Shown in pieces: positions 12,241 through 26,976 of a stretch of DNA of 63,822 nt; position 1 is the stretch's first letter, and every line of letters begins with the position of its first letter. Under the pieces are notes generated by a model, which searched no databases, was not told the DNA's origin, and saw only the letters and a program-made list of their open reading frames with translations. This DNA is from Octopus sinensis (taxonomy: Eukaryota): positions 1 through 63,822 of the forward strand of contig NW_021832240.1 of the NCBI RefSeq assembly GCF_006345805.1. Reading direction: 5' to 3'. The position numbers and the translations under genes were made by a program.

Positions 12241-12471
12241 GTCGTCATTAAACTGACGGAAGGTACTAGTGAACACCATCATTGATAGACATAAGATTCA
12301 AAATAAAAAAATTTCTACGTGAGAACACTTTTCTAACGACTGACAAGGAAGATTGTCTCCCTCTCTCACGTCAGTTGCTACAAAAGTTTTCTCACGCCGC
12401 TAAGACTTGTTCTGACTCTTATTTCTAGCAATGCCGGTATCCAGTAGCACCTTCCGTCATATTAATGACTA
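12241..12471. mobile_element. MITE-like element with ~25-bp imperfect terminal inverted repeats
   Basis: GTCATTAAACTGACGGAAGGTACTA (12244-12268) versus TAGCACCTTCCGTCATATTAATGAC (12445-12469). TA nearby at both ends. Confidence 0.5.
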
Positions 12472-13070
12472 ATATATATGAGACAACAAAAACAAGCAGA
12501 ATGAAATTTCTAGGACATTTATAAAGAGAAAGGTGTTACAAGTTCAACAGCTGCTTGGGAGGCTCAGAAATCCATCTCAATACGTGGCCGTAGTGGATAT
12601 AATATAATCAACATTGGATGAGATAAGCCTCCGTCATCAGAGTAGACTAGATCTTACACTTCAGATCTTAATGCAGTGAAGTTCGAAGATGGAACGATTA
12701 GTCGAAGTATTTATTTACCCTAAAGAGATATTGATATTTACAATGAATAGTTAGATAGTATTTTCGCAGTTTCCGCTTGCTCGACTTTGATAACGTTAGA
12801 ACGTTAGAAAAAAAAGCCGAATATTCGGGTTACTGCGAAGTATCTTTTAGCCAAAACTTATATGTACGTATATAAATAACTATATATATATGTATTATGT
12901 ATATATATATATAACTATATATAACAGGCATTATTAAATCTCATATATGTATACTTACACGCACACACACACACACACATATATATACATATATATATAT
13001 ATACTTACACGCACAGACACATACATACATATATATACTTATATATATATATATACTTACACGCACACAC

Positions 13071-13115
<45 letters not shown>

Positions 13116-13235
13116 ATATATAACTACATAATATATAGGCATTATTAAATCTCATATATGTATACTTACACGCACACACATACATACATATATATACTTA
13201 TATATATATATACTTACACGCACACACACACACAC

Positions 13236-13278
<43 letters not shown>

Positions 13279-14019
13279 ATATATGTACATATATATGTGC
13301 ACACATACGTATGATTATTCATATGTGAATATCAAGGTGAACTCACTCTGTTCTATCACGAGTTTACATTTGTAATTTATCAAATTACATTCCCCAATGT
13401 ATATTTGCTTACGCTCTTAGATACTATATGAACGTATATCAAACTACCATAATCAAGCGTTGTAAGTTAATGAAACATTTTTCATACGTTTAATATAGAT
13501 CTAAGTGTCAAAAACATTAAAGCAGGAAATTAGTAAATTGCTTATCCTTTTCACCTGTTAATGATATTATGCTTTTAAAGTCTCTTTCATTGTATTTGCA
13601 GCACCTGAACACACATACACAACAGAAGAAGTATGGCTCTATGGAAAAGATAAAAACCAAAGCGTGTTTTATCTACCTACTCCGATATAAAAGTATGTTT
13701 TATGGTAAATCGTATATATATATATATATATATAAATATATATATATATGCCCTGTTTCTAATTCAAATGTCTTGAAGTGTAGAGAGAGAGAGATATATA
13801 AAGAGAGAGAGAGAGAGGTAGATAGGGAGAAAGAGAGAGCTATAAATAAAAGTATGTAAATATCAGGTGGGGCCCCACGATCAGGCCTCATAACTGTGCC
13901 TCCAAATTTTTTTTCAATCAAACATTTATATGCCATTGTTTACAGCTTTAGTTGCATGTTTCGCGATATTCGCAAAAATTATTTCATCTTCTTTCGACAG
14001 TTTATAAAATTTTCATGAG

Positions 14020-14190
<171 letters not shown>

Positions 14191-14453
14191 GCATGGACGG
14201 ACGCTAGTCAAATGGGCTCCACGTAAGTTGGCAAATTTTACATGTTCAAAACTCCTTATTGTGAAATATTTTGTCTTTAAACGTTGTGCAACATCATTCA
14301 CTAAAAACCTCAGAATTATTCACGTAGAATTCCGCCCCAGTTTGGGTGAAATTACCAAAAGTTTCAAAACTTTCATGGTTTCTTTTTAGCCATTTTCTAT
14401 TTTGAAAATGGCGACTGGAAACAACGTGGCTAGCGCGCAAGTCATGCGGAACG

Positions 14454-15139
14454 CAACAATTTCCGACCTGTGGGCTTATGTCGAACGACTGCTGTCACGT
14501 GTGGGACTAGTCGGTTTATCAGCCGAGTCTATCGTCAATGTTGTCACGCCTCCTTCCTTCAAACGGGAAGGAAGAGCTATTTTCATCATTCTTGTGGCTA
14601 TGTGGAAAGAATGTATCTGGTGGACGCGTATGAAGGGATTGGAGACAAACACTTTCCCCTCTGGTCAATCTCTTATCAAGTTTTCAAGTATGACTTGAAA
14701 AGGAAAGTGAGAGTAGAGAGGCAAAATGTGTCTAGCGAATGTTTCAAAAAAAATGGGTGAATGTAGCAAGGATGACACGTATGAATGACGAAGCCACCTT
14801 GAGCATAATCCTATGAACCAGGAAAAATTTGAAACAGAGGGTTACCTACTTGCAAACAAATGTGTTAACATGTGATGTTATTGACCTAGGTTATTGCGGT
14901 CTTTTCCTTAGGCTTTTCTTTCCATGGATAGACATTATCTGCTTCCCCCTTTACACTTTGCATCATGACATTTCTGTGATACACGATCCCTATTGATCGT
15001 TTTTTCTTCTTTTTTCCCTTTTTATGATCTCATTTGGTCGAAAACCTACCTCACTTTTTTTTCTTTTCTCCCTCAAAATAAAAGCTCTGTTGTGTAATCT
15101 GTCCCCTCTGTATGCAGCCTTGTGTGGCTAATAAAGAAA
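14454..15139 (+). mobile_element. Tx1/L1-clade LINE 3' fragment (copy A)
   Basis: Homologous to 45378 onward (TISDLWAYVERLLSRVG...). T-rich 3'UTR ending GTGTGGCTAATAAAGAAA, then (TCTA)n. Confidence 0.92.
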
Positions 15140-15197
15140 TATATCTATCTATCTGTCTGTATGTCTATCTATTTATCCATCTATCTATCTATCTATC

Positions 15198-16215
15198 TAG
15201 GGGATTAGTGGAGGGGAGGTACGACGACGAGCTCGGGGCGAACCTGGACGTCGACGAGGAATACCTGACCCACCTGTTCGGGACGACTTTCGGGCCAGGG
15301 CCCATGGAAACCTCCAGAGATCCCTGACCTGGCAGTGTTACCGAGAAGCGCTACCCGTTCGGGATAAGCTCTACAGACAAGGCTCGAGAAACACGGGGCC
15401 GACCTGCCCGAGATGCGGTCAGAGCGACGAAACCGTTCTGCACGCACTCGTGCAGTGTCCAACAATTTCCCACCTGTGGGCTTATGTCGAACAACTGCTG
15501 TCACGTGTGGAACGAGTCGGTTTATCAGCCGAGTCTATCGTCAATATTGTCACGCCTCCTTCCTTCAAACGGGAAGGAAGAACTATTTTTCATCTTGAGG
15601 CTATGGCGAAAGAACGTTTCTGGTGGACGCGTCTGAAGGGATTGGAGACAAACACATTCCTCTCTGGTCAACCTCTCATCAACTTCTTCAAGTACCACTT
15701 GAAAAGGAAAGTGAGAGTAGAGAGGCAAGTTTTGTCTAGCGAACGTTTTAAAAAAAGATGGGTGAATGTAGCAAGGATGGCACGTATGAATGACGAAGCC
15801 ACCTTGAGCATAATCCTATGAACCCAGAAATTGAAAACAGAGGGTTACCCACTTGCAAACAATTGTGGTAACATATAACAATATTGACAAATGTTACCGT
15901 GGTCTTTTTCGTAGGCTTTTCTTCCCACGGATAAACCTTACTTGCTTTCCCCTTTACACCATATATCATAACACTGTCATACACGATCCCTATTGATCGT
16001 TTTTTTCCTCTTCCCCTTTTTTCCTCTTTTGTCTTCTTTTTTCATTTTTCTTTTCTTTTGGTCCTTTTCTTTTTTTTGTTCTTTTTTCCGTTATACGATC
16101 CCTTTTGATCGAAAACCTACGCCATCTTTTTTTTTCTTTATTTCTCCCCCAAAAGAAAAGCTCTACCTTGTAACTTGTCCCATCTGTGTGCAGCCCTGTG
16201 TGGCCAATAAAGAAA
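15198..16215 (+). mobile_element. Tx1/L1-clade LINE, 5'-truncated (copy B)
   Basis: RGLVEGRYDDELGANLDVDEEYL... plus the CPRC..ETVLH..C zinc-knuckle region, near-identical to 45115 onward. Both junctions lie in (TCTA)n. Confidence 0.95.
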
Positions 16216-16231
16216 CTTATCTATCTATCTG

Positions 16232-16314
<83 letters not shown>

Positions 16315-16506
16315 ATCTATCTATATCTATATCTATCTACGTATCTATCTGTTTGTCTGTCTGTCTATCTTTCTATCTATCTATTTATCTATCTATCTCT
16401 GTGCCTCTCTCTCTCTATCTATCTGTCTGTCTATCTATCTATTTATCTCTCTATCTATCAATCCTTCTATATATCTATTTATCTCTCTCTCTCTACCTAT
16501 CTATCA

Positions 16507-16559
<53 letters not shown>

Positions 16560-18016
16560 CTATCTCTCTCTATCTATCTACCTATCTGTTTATCAACGTC
16601 CATGCATTACGTTTATGTGGTAGTCCCACCAGATGATCACGTGAAAGCTTTTCTCGATTGAATATGTCGTGACGGTTAGAGCAGTGAGATATGAATGATT
16701 CTCTATAGGCTTGTTTAGGTAAAAGTGTTACAGAAAATTATTGTTTATTTTTCTCTCAAACAATGCTATTATCAGTTAGTGCTTGTTACCTGTCATAGAA
16801 TATGTTAAAACTTATCTCTTCTGTGTTAACAACGTTGTGGGTATGTAAGATAAAGAGATCTGGAGTAAATAAGATAAATAGTTGCTGTATGATTTCAGTT
16901 TTCTTAAGAACGAGCTCAATTATTCTACAATAATTAATTCATAGAATTTTTATTCTAATCATCCACACTGGAGACAATTGTTCTGATTCTTCTAGTTAGG
17001 TTAAATTGCAGATATGATTTGGTATGTCTCAGTAAATTTATATGCATGTTAAGGTATAAGGGAAAATATTATATGATTAAACGGAAGGTTATAAGCCATG
17101 TCATGGCTTATTATATTTCGGATACGAAAAGTCGTTTATGCAATTCAGAAATTTTTCAAATAAAATCTAAACAGAAATTATTGAATTCTCGAAAAGAAAA
17201 TAATTCACCTCGTTGCCACCACTCAGTATATATATATGTAGAAAGTTTAATTAATTAGTGGATTAATATTAAACTGAAAATTGTTAGTATACACATGTTA
17301 CCACTGCTCCTAATATGTTTTTAGAAATGAAAATTATCAGTATAAATAAGATATAAGTAGCAATAATTAAAGCATATAACATCTAAACGTTAACTGATCG
17401 GCTTGGGAAAGATTCGTATTTCATTTGTCGTGATTAATCTAAATATAATTTTAGAAAATTAGATAAAGTTATTAAATAGATAATAAACATAAGCAAACAC
17501 TAAACTATTCTTATTTGTTATGATCAACCTAGATCTAATGTACAAAATTAAATAAGAATATTAAACAGATATTAAATTCAACTTAACATTAAAATACAAA
17601 ATTAATATAACAACTATGGCTTAATTTAAAAATGAAACATAAATTAAAATGATTGGAAATAAATATAAATAACAAATACTATAATGCTTGAAATTCATTT
17701 CAATTATAATATAAAATATGAAATTTTACTATCTGTCGGATGATATAACTATTTTTTAATCCAAGTAGGAATATTAACCATGCATGGGTACTAGCGTAAA
17801 TAGAAATAATATATAATTAATTACATTATGTGATATTTAAATATATTCTTAATAATAGTAATAATAATACTGATCATTGGCATTCACTAAACAAATATTG
17901 GGTGTTGGTAAACAGTACGATACACATTTTAGAAAGATATAAATAAGAAAATATGTATAATTAGTATACCTTAATATAACTGTACTTACAAAACTAACAT
18001 AAGTTGGATATATTAC

Positions 18017-18395
18017 TTTTTACTCTTTTACTCGTTTCAGTCATTTGACTGCGGCCATGCTGGAGCACCGCCTTTAGTCGAGCAACTCGACCCCGGGACT
18101 TATTCTTTGTAAGCCCAGTACTTATTCTATCGGTCTCTTTTGCCGAACCGCTAAGTGACGGGGACGTAAACACACCAGCATCGGTTGTCAAGCAATGCTA
18201 GGGTGACAAACACAGACACACAAACACACACACACATATATATATACATATATACGACAGGATTCTTTCAGTTTCCGTCTACCAAATCCGGGGCTATAGT
18301 AGAAGACACTTGCCCAAGATGCCACGCAGTGGGACTGAACCCGGAACCATGTGGTTGTTTAGCAAGCTACTTACCACACAGCCACTCCTGCGCCT
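18017..18395 (-). mobile_element. tRNA-derived SINE with internal microsatellite
   Basis: Minus-strand head GGCGCAGGAGTGGCTGTGTGGTAAG...GGTTCCGGGTTCAGTCCC, an internal (TA)/(TG) tract, and tail ...GACTGAAACGAGTAAAAGAGTA. Confidence 0.88.
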
Positions 18396-18602
18396 ATCAT
18401 AATATAATCATAAATAACATTTACTATGTTATGTTATATCATACAATATTTAATTGCCAGTTTAATAGTGATAGTAATAGTAAAATCCAGTATTGACATC
18501 TATTAATTAATCGTATAACATTATATATTTTAATTTCGATACAAATACTATATAGATATATATCTTTATATATATATGTCTGTGTGTGTATATCTTTCGA
18601 AC

Positions 18603-18688
<86 letters not shown>

Positions 18689-18690
18689 TT

Positions 18691-18752
<62 letters not shown>

Positions 18753-18756
<4 letters not shown>

Positions 18757-21459
18757 TGCTCTATAGGCCGCCCCAAACACCCATACTGTGCTTTAAAGAA
18801 TGCCTCAACAGCATTAAGTGCTTTATTCAACAGTGCCATTCTAGCAACATACTCATGATGGGAGACTTCAATCTACCCTGTGTTGACTGGACTACAAACT
18901 GTTTGAGACCAAGCACTCCCGCCTCAACCGCTGACAAAGAAGCAGCAGAGTCACTTTTCGACTTTACGAATGAGTTTTTCTTGTCCCAACTTGTCCTTGC
19001 ACCAACAAGACATCAGAACATTTTGGACCTAGTGTTTAGTAACCACACTAACACTATACATAACGTTACAGTGGAAAAAACCCTTCTTTCAGACCATGAC
19101 ATGGTTCTCTGTAACATGAAATTCCACCAGCCGAAAGCTAATCCTAGTGACCTTCCTCCAGCCCACCCATTTGACAACATGGATCTCCATAATGCCAACT
19201 GGGATGCAATCAGGAACGAGCTATCACATGTTGACTGGTCCTTTACACATACACACATCTCCACCAACTATAAAACATCTTGGCAGATCTTTGTAGACAC
19301 CGTCACAGACATATGTACAAAACACTCCCCACCAAGACCTGTGAACAAAAAGTGCAGAATCCCCCAAAACAGAAAAACCATTATCAGAAAAATAAAAAGA
19401 ACAAACAAAAAAATTAACAAACTAAAGTACTGCCAACAGCAACACACACATTCGACGGCTATCGCACTGCTTGAATCCAAAAAATATAACCTCCAACAAT
19501 GCATGAAGACCCTCATCAATAACCAAAGATCAGCTGAGGAGAAGTGGGCCATTGAAAAAATCAAAGTCAACCCCAAAGTGTTCTTTTCATTTGCGAGGAA
19601 ACGCAGGGTCACTGTCTCCACTGTAGGCCCTCTAATTGACGAAACTGGCACTCTCCAGATAATGCCAAATCCATGGCCGAGATACTGCAGAAAAAACAAT
19701 ACTGCTCTGTTTTCAGCAATCCTGATATGGCCGATCTGGGCTGTATCAGTGATGTCAACCTCCAACACACTATATCGGACATACGTTTAGTGCCCCTGAT
19801 GTCTTAGCGGCGATAAACGAAATAAAACACAATTCAGCAGTAGGCCCCGATAGGTTCCCTGCTTGTGTCCTGAAGGTGTGTCGACACCAACTTGCATCTC
19901 CCCTTGCTAATCTGTGAGGAGAAACTCACTGGATGCTGGCTATATTCCAAAAAACCTTCTGTCCCAGTCTGTTGTCCAGTTTTCAAAAAGGGAAACAAGT
20001 CCCTTGCAGAGTGAATTACCGTCCGATCTCACTCACCTCTCATATCATCAAGGTATTTGAGAGGGTGGTGAGATCTCGAATAACCCAATTTCTGGAAAGC
20101 AACAGACGGCTGATCTCCAACCAACATGGGTACCGTAATGGAAGGGACTGCCTAACGCAGCTCCTGCCATCACTTTGAGGACATTTTGAGAGCTTTGGGA
20201 GAGGGCTCCAACACCGATGTCATCTACCTTGATTTCAGTAAGGCCTTCGACAGGGTCGATCACAAGATCCTATTGAAAAATCATCCAACATTGGTGTCTC
20301 TGGAAAGTTACTGAAATGGATCAAGTGTTTCCTGACAGACATATCTCAAAATGTTGTAGTTGAAGGGGTAAAATCAAGCCCAGCCAAAGTCAGTAGTGGC
20401 GTTCCGCAAGGCACTGTGCTGGGCCCACTTCTTTTCATCATTTACATTAATGACATTAATGACATCATCAAGCACAGCAACATAAAAATCTTTGCAGATG
20501 ACTCCAAGCTACAGAAGGTCATAAATGAGGCGAGTGACCGGACATGCCTTCAGTCAGATCTACTGGCTGTTATCCAATGGGCAGAAAAAAACAATATGCT
20601 GCTGAACGAGGATAAATTGAGCTAATCCACTTTTGGAAAAGAGGATGCCCTGAAACTCCCATACTCCCTTCCTTCAGGTGAAACTCTCGCGGCGTCCAAC
20701 AACATCAGAGACCTGGGAGTAATTGTGGACAACAACATAAGCTGGGCCACTCATATAAACACCAAAGTTGACATGGCCCGCAGAATGTGTTCCTGGATTC
20801 TCAGAACTTTCCAGTCGAGAGATATCCCACCATTATCCTTCTCTTCTCCACTTTTGCCCGACCCCACCTTGAATACTGTTGTCCACTGTGGTCTCCCCAC
20901 ACAATACAAGGTATCATAAAAGTGGAAGCACCTCAAAGGGCAATCACAAAAAAGATAGATGGCATGACAGGCCTCGACTATTGGGGTCGATAGAAAGCCT
21001 AAAACGCTATTCTCTCCAACGTCGTCGTGAGCGCTACATCATCTGCATGATGTGGAAAATATTCCATCAGCATGCCCAAATGATGTTGGCATCACCTTTA
21101 AGTACATCCAAGGCTTGGGCCCCGTGCCATCCGCCCAAAACAAAAACGCACTCTCATCTCATAACAACAATACGGCACAATTATTTCACCTCAATGGCCC
21201 CGCTCTCTTTAACATTACACCAAACACATTAAAACAGAAACTGACCCTATAGGGTTCAAGATGTCTTTGGATAGATTCCTTCAAGAAATCCCGGATAAAA
21301 CCCCCACTCCCGGATATGTCTCTGTAAACAATAACTCTCTACTTGAGTGGGCCATAGTGCCAAATTCTGACTTGAAAGACTTCACCAGGTGGTGCTATTA
21401 AGTTAGACATGGCCTGGGCCAATAATGGCCGAAACCTATCAAAGTATCAAAGTACCAAA

Positions 21460-21460
<1 letters not shown>
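18753..21460 (+). mobile_element. CR1-clade LINE, 5'-truncated, decayed ORF2 (APE plus RT)
   Basis: YRPP, MGDFNLP, ILDLVFSN and LSDHDMV (APE); NYRPISLTS, LGPLLFIIYIND, FADDSKL, RPHLEYCCPLWSP and LQRRRERY (RT), spread over several frames. Tail ATCAAAGT-like repeats. (TA)n on both sides. Confidence 0.96.
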
Positions 21461-21503
<43 letters not shown>

Positions 21504-22120
21504 TGTATGTATGTATCTATCTATCTATCTACACACACACACACACACATATACTTATAATTTGATTACGTTAGAATTATTTAAAAATGCCGTAACTGGC
21601 CGGTCTGGTAGGATACATAACTGCAGTCAAGTCGATTTTTAAGATACATTTCCAATTTTTTCGATTACTCAACCTCGTGTCATGGGCATCGGTCCTTTTC
21701 TACACCCGTCTGTCAACACAAGTTTGGAAGTTGAAGTTGAATAAAAGCAATCTGTGTGGTGTTTAGTCTAATGTGTTGAACTTGCAATTAAAATTTTACA
21801 GCATCCTACCACACAGTAACACACTGTGATTCTCTGAGAATTACATTAATTGTCCGTATACAAGAAGGATGTCCAACTACATCAGGTAAGTAGCAAGTAA
21901 ATCAGTAGATCGATCGATCAAGTATATTTTCATTGTCGAAAAGACAGAGAAGTATCCTTCTCGTGCCCGTCATCATCGTTGTCATTGTCGTCGTCGTCGT
22001 CATCGTCGTCTTCTTCTTCCCCCTCCTCATCATCATCGTCATCATCGTTAACATAAGTATACATGTTCATACAATCTTGCATATATTTATATGTCACTTT
22101 CTCTCTCTCTCTCTCTCGAT

Positions 22121-22155
<35 letters not shown>

Positions 22156-23678
22156 CGAGAGAGTGAGTGAGAGAGAGAGATGTACTTATAACTGTATATA
22201 TGTGGAGAGAGCTATTTCCTGGTCCAATTCGCCTTCATTGCAAACGTAAGGAGAATAGACTGAGCTAGTCTTCATGACATTTATCATTGCATTTCTGGTA
22301 TTCGACCACATATTCCACAGTCTATGGAAATGGTAGCACTAAGAATTAGCCTCAAATAGATAATAAAATGTAACAGTTATTTCATAATTATAAACTATCT
22401 GTAATTACCTAGAGGTTTATGGTAGAAATATCCTGGGCGGTCAGCGACTGCCAGGTTAAGAGGAAATTAAGTCAAAAGTACTTTGGACTGCAACAGTCGT
22501 GAACTAACCTGCAACGCTTTCATTCGTCTCATCTTAAAAAGAAAGCAATCACCTGTAACACTTCGAAGCTCTTTCGTCACGTATGTATACATAAGGATTT
22601 AAATAATTACTAAAACGGATAAATAATCTGAATAACCATATAAAGTTGACGTTAATAGATAATTCCTAAAATGTAAATAACTCAATGATATATTTGTCAA
22701 AAATATATCTGTAACTACAGAAAGAAATATGCCTTCTATAAAGTAAAGCCGTGTTGATACCACGTCCGAGACACAGGAAAATATATTTTTTAAAAGCTTT
22801 TTCAGAAATATATGCGATGTAAACATACACTTTTCTGATAGAATCGGAAATTACAAACATCAAGGAAGACCATATCATATTATCACACGTAAATCAATGT
22901 TTGAATTTATTGTTCATAAAATGCAAACGTCTCATATATTATAACAAAATATGGTTTAGTCATTTCATTAAAAATAACAAATTATGACGCATTTAGGGAA
23001 GAAGGACATGAGTGACGCAACAGAAAAGCAAATATAGATATTACTGAATTAGTAATTGATCGATAATCAGCATATTACTATACAGATACTTGTTCTTAAC
23101 ATATCGCACAGCCATAACACAGTAGAGAAGAAAATAAAACATGACAATGGAATAAGACAATAGTAGAATATACAGAGATAAATAATTGCAATAAGAACGT
23201 TTGATGATAACGATATCTATAAAACAATATACAGATAAGGAAAGCCAATAGTCGATCGCTTACGATGAAGAATAACCAACGAATAGTTCAAACAATATTC
23301 AGTGACGCCTATACAAAGTACGCATGATGGAGAGCGGCGAGCTTGAACAAACATATTGTAAACGATGAAAGAAACATGGACAAAGAGGGGAGAAACAGTA
23401 GAGATAGAAGCGATAACAGACGAATGAAGCAAAATGTGACAAACTTTTGTGAAGGTGGGGTGCGTTTGTAGTAAGAATAACGAGAAAAAATTAGATATAG
23501 AATTATCGTGTGGAAAATGTAATTCAGATAAATAATTTTAGAATTAAGGTAGAATAAACACTACATGATATACAGGTACCAAGTACAATAATTTTGCGCC
23601 TGAAACTCTTACATAGATATGTGTACATGTGAGAGGATGTATACATACATCTACATATTTATGTCTATATATAAAAGT

Positions 23679-24070
23679 GTGGAGGTGCAATGGCCCAGTG
23701 GTTAGGGCAGCGGACTCGCGGTCATAGGATCGCGGTTTCGATTCCCAGACCGGGCGTTGTCAGTGTTTATTGAGCGAAAGCACCTAAAGCTCCACGAGGC
23801 TCCGGCAGGGATGGTGGTGATCCCTGCTGTACTCTTTCACCACAACTTTCTCTCACTCTTACTTCCTGTTTCTGTTGTACCTGTATTTCAAAGGGTCAGC
23901 CTTGTCACTGTCTGTGTCACGCTGAATATCCCCGAGAACTACGTTAAGGGTACACGTGTCTGTGGAGTGCTCAGCCACTTACACGTTAATTTCACGAGCA
24001 GGCTGTTCCTTTTATTCGGATCAACCGGAACCCTCGTCGTCGTAACCGACGGAGTGCTTCCATCCCATCC
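23679..24070 (+). mobile_element. Full-length tRNA-derived SINE with TSD
   Basis: A-box TGGCCCAGTGG, B-box GGTTTCGATTCC. TSD ATATATAAAAG at 23667-23677 and 24071-24081. Confidence 0.93.
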
Positions 24071-24370
24071 ATATATAAAAGCGTGTACATACAGAGAGAC
24101 AGACACACATACATATGCGTATGTTTGTACGTGGGTAGGAATATTGAATTGTACGGAATAAAAAGACAGGTGATTTCAGTTCATAATATAAAGTATATGT
24201 TCCTTTGATATTCTGTTTCGCGGCTCCACATTTCTGCCACTGCAATCCCGCATAAACGATCCAAGTGGAATGAAAATTTACTTTATACAATGTCTGCAAA
24301 TATCGATTTATCAGTCAATCATCAATTAATTAAACAATCCATCTATCTGTCTATCTATCTATCTATCTAT

Positions 24371-24493
24371 AATCCTCGCCTTTTTTGTCCTCTTTCTTTC
24401 CTTTAACGATCCCTTTTGATCGAAAACCAAAAGAAAAGATCTACCTTGTAATTTGTTCTGTCTGTGTGCAGCCCTGTGTGGCTAATAAAGAAA
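24371..24493 (+). mobile_element. Tx1 3'UTR-only insertion (copy C)
   Basis: Matches the last ~120 nt of copies A and B (...GCAGCCCTGTGTGGCTAATAAAGAAA). (TCTA)n at both junctions. Confidence 0.88.
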
Positions 24494-24639
24494 CATATCT
24501 ATCTATCTATCTATCTACTTGTCTATCTGTTCGTCTGACTGTCTGTCTACCTCTTTGTCTCTCTCTTTCTCTTTTCCCTCTTTCTCTCTCTTACTGTCTC
24601 TATATCTGTATATATATATATGTTTCTTTTTCAACCATG

Positions 24640-24780
24640 TATTTATTCTGTTTGTACAGTTATACCGAACCGCTAAGTTACGGGGTTGTAAACACAACAT
24701 CGGTTGTCAAGCAGTGATGGGGTGCTATGACAAACACTAAGACGCACACACATACGCACACACACACACCTATATATATG

Positions 24781-24828
<48 letters not shown>

Positions 24829-24980
24829 TATATACAATGAGTTTCCAGCTTCCGTCCATCAGATCCACTCACAATGGCCTGAGACTACACCAGAAGACGC
24901 CTAGACGAGGTGCCACGCAACTGTGCTGAACTCGCAGCCGTCTGGGTGGGGACCAATCTTACTACATAGCCACACACGCT
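24640..24980 (-). mobile_element. Degenerate microsatellite-containing SINE
   Basis: Homologous to 18017-18395 (CCGAACCGCTAAGTTACGGGG...GGTTGTCAAGC, and TTCCGTC..ATCCACTCACAA). Confidence 0.7.
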
Positions 24981-25767
24981 ACTACATATACTTATATATA
25001 AGCATATACATACATACGTCTGTGTATGTATGTATTGGCATTGTGTATGTGTACACACAATTGAAGTCACACCTATATATGTACTTTATTTCTTCCGCAG
25101 TTTCATTGATAGTAGATTCAATATGAGATTTAGTACATTCGGTTCGTTAACACATTGAACAGCATGGTACAAATTCAATGCCTTGTTAATAATATGTTCA
25201 TATGTGACCTCTGGAAGGACAACCCCTCAAGTCAAATTCAGCGCAAAACCAATTCCTTACACCGATTGGTCAATTACTTATTAGTAACATTCTACAAAGC
25301 GATATATCCACTGCTGGAATCATTTTATTCATGAATTTCTTCTTTCTTTCGTTATGGAATTTATTGAGATTCAGGAATCACTGATTTATGCGAGATTTAG
25401 TTGTCAGTCTCTTGTGAGTGGTGCTATAACATTGGAGATGATTATATAAATATTATCTGCCATACATGTGTATTGTATGATACTAGGATCGTCGTCCACA
25501 TTGTATATATAATACTACGTAACATATTAAGGCGTTATTTAGATTAGGGAATCGAATTAACTTACATGTTGTTCTTTGTTTTCCAATTTTCCTGCTTGAC
25601 GTATGTTCAATCACAATGCTACTACAAAAGATTGAAAGGACATGCATGTAAGAGTGCAGATACCAGAAATAGCATAGAAAATACCCTCAAATCATAAAAA
25701 CATAACTCGTTGATTACCTTTGCGTTTGAAATCTCCGTTGTTGCTGAAAGGCTGGCACATAGCGCAA

Positions 25768-25800
<33 letters not shown>

Positions 25801-26190
25801 CAAAATAAGCAACAAAGATATCCAAGGTAGAGTAGTACAATTGTTTCATGCTACTTCATTTAATTAAACACTGTAAGTATTACATCAGTTTTAAAATGTC
25901 GAGCAATCTTCAGCCACGTATAGAATTTTAGAATAAGACGGACAATGCACATTCTTATCCCTATTTCATTTGCCAACATTATAAAGAGGTTAGATATATA
26001 GACAGAGAGGTTAATTTCATTATTAAAAACATGATAGTAGTATGTTCATTCTCACGGAGAATGAACACACTACTTGCTTATTTTGATTATAATCACCCCA
26101 TTTGATTTATATGGGTAATACCATACAAAATTCTCGTGCCTTTAGCTTAAGTATCATATTCATCTGAATATAATATATATATATATATAG

Positions 26191-26250
<60 letters not shown>

Positions 26251-26296
26251 GGTATGATATATATGTATATATATATATATATGTATATATATATAA

Positions 26297-26349
<53 letters not shown>

Positions 26350-26976
26350 TGTATTGATGCTATTTATTATATGATTCATTATTATTTTTTTATAAAGGGA
26401 CCTAACGAATTACTTAAAATTTAATCTGTGAATTAATTTTGTTAGACAATACATTATTTAAGAAGTAGGTGGTCTATATACCAAGTAGTTTTACATTTAA
26501 GTAAATTAGGTTTTATGTTAATTGATATTTTGATCAACTATACTATTGAGTGATATATTAAATCTATAGATACTACATATATATTAATTATATAGTTAGT
26601 TTATTTAATGAGTGTGTCTATATTTGAACCATTTCTTATTATGGTTTGTACTAGCATTGTGTATATTAATTAATTTTAAGGTTTTAGTATTAATTGCTTA
26701 ATGGGTATTAGACTGTATTTGGATGTTTATTAAATGAATTGATTTAATCTATATAGTTTAAAGTGTTGTGTTTAGTTTACACTTAATGTATATTTAGTAT
26801 CTTATATATATATATCTATATATATATTGTGAGAGAGAAAGATGAATAATCTTGTTGCAGATTAATCAAAAGTTTAACCGATACCTTGGTAGCAAAAATC
26901 ACAGCAGAAGACAGCACGGTTGGAGGTACAACCATATGGTGTTGCAACCGTGCGTTTGTGCGGATAATTGAATTTT

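Noticed and set aside
18576-19790. 404-aa ORF as a host gene
   Set aside because: The N-terminus is microsatellite and the rest is CR1 ORF2 endonuclease/linker, ending in a frameshift.
23679-23760. tRNA genes at SINE heads
   Set aside because: A and B boxes are present, but there is no complete cloverleaf and each continues into a SINE body with TSDs.
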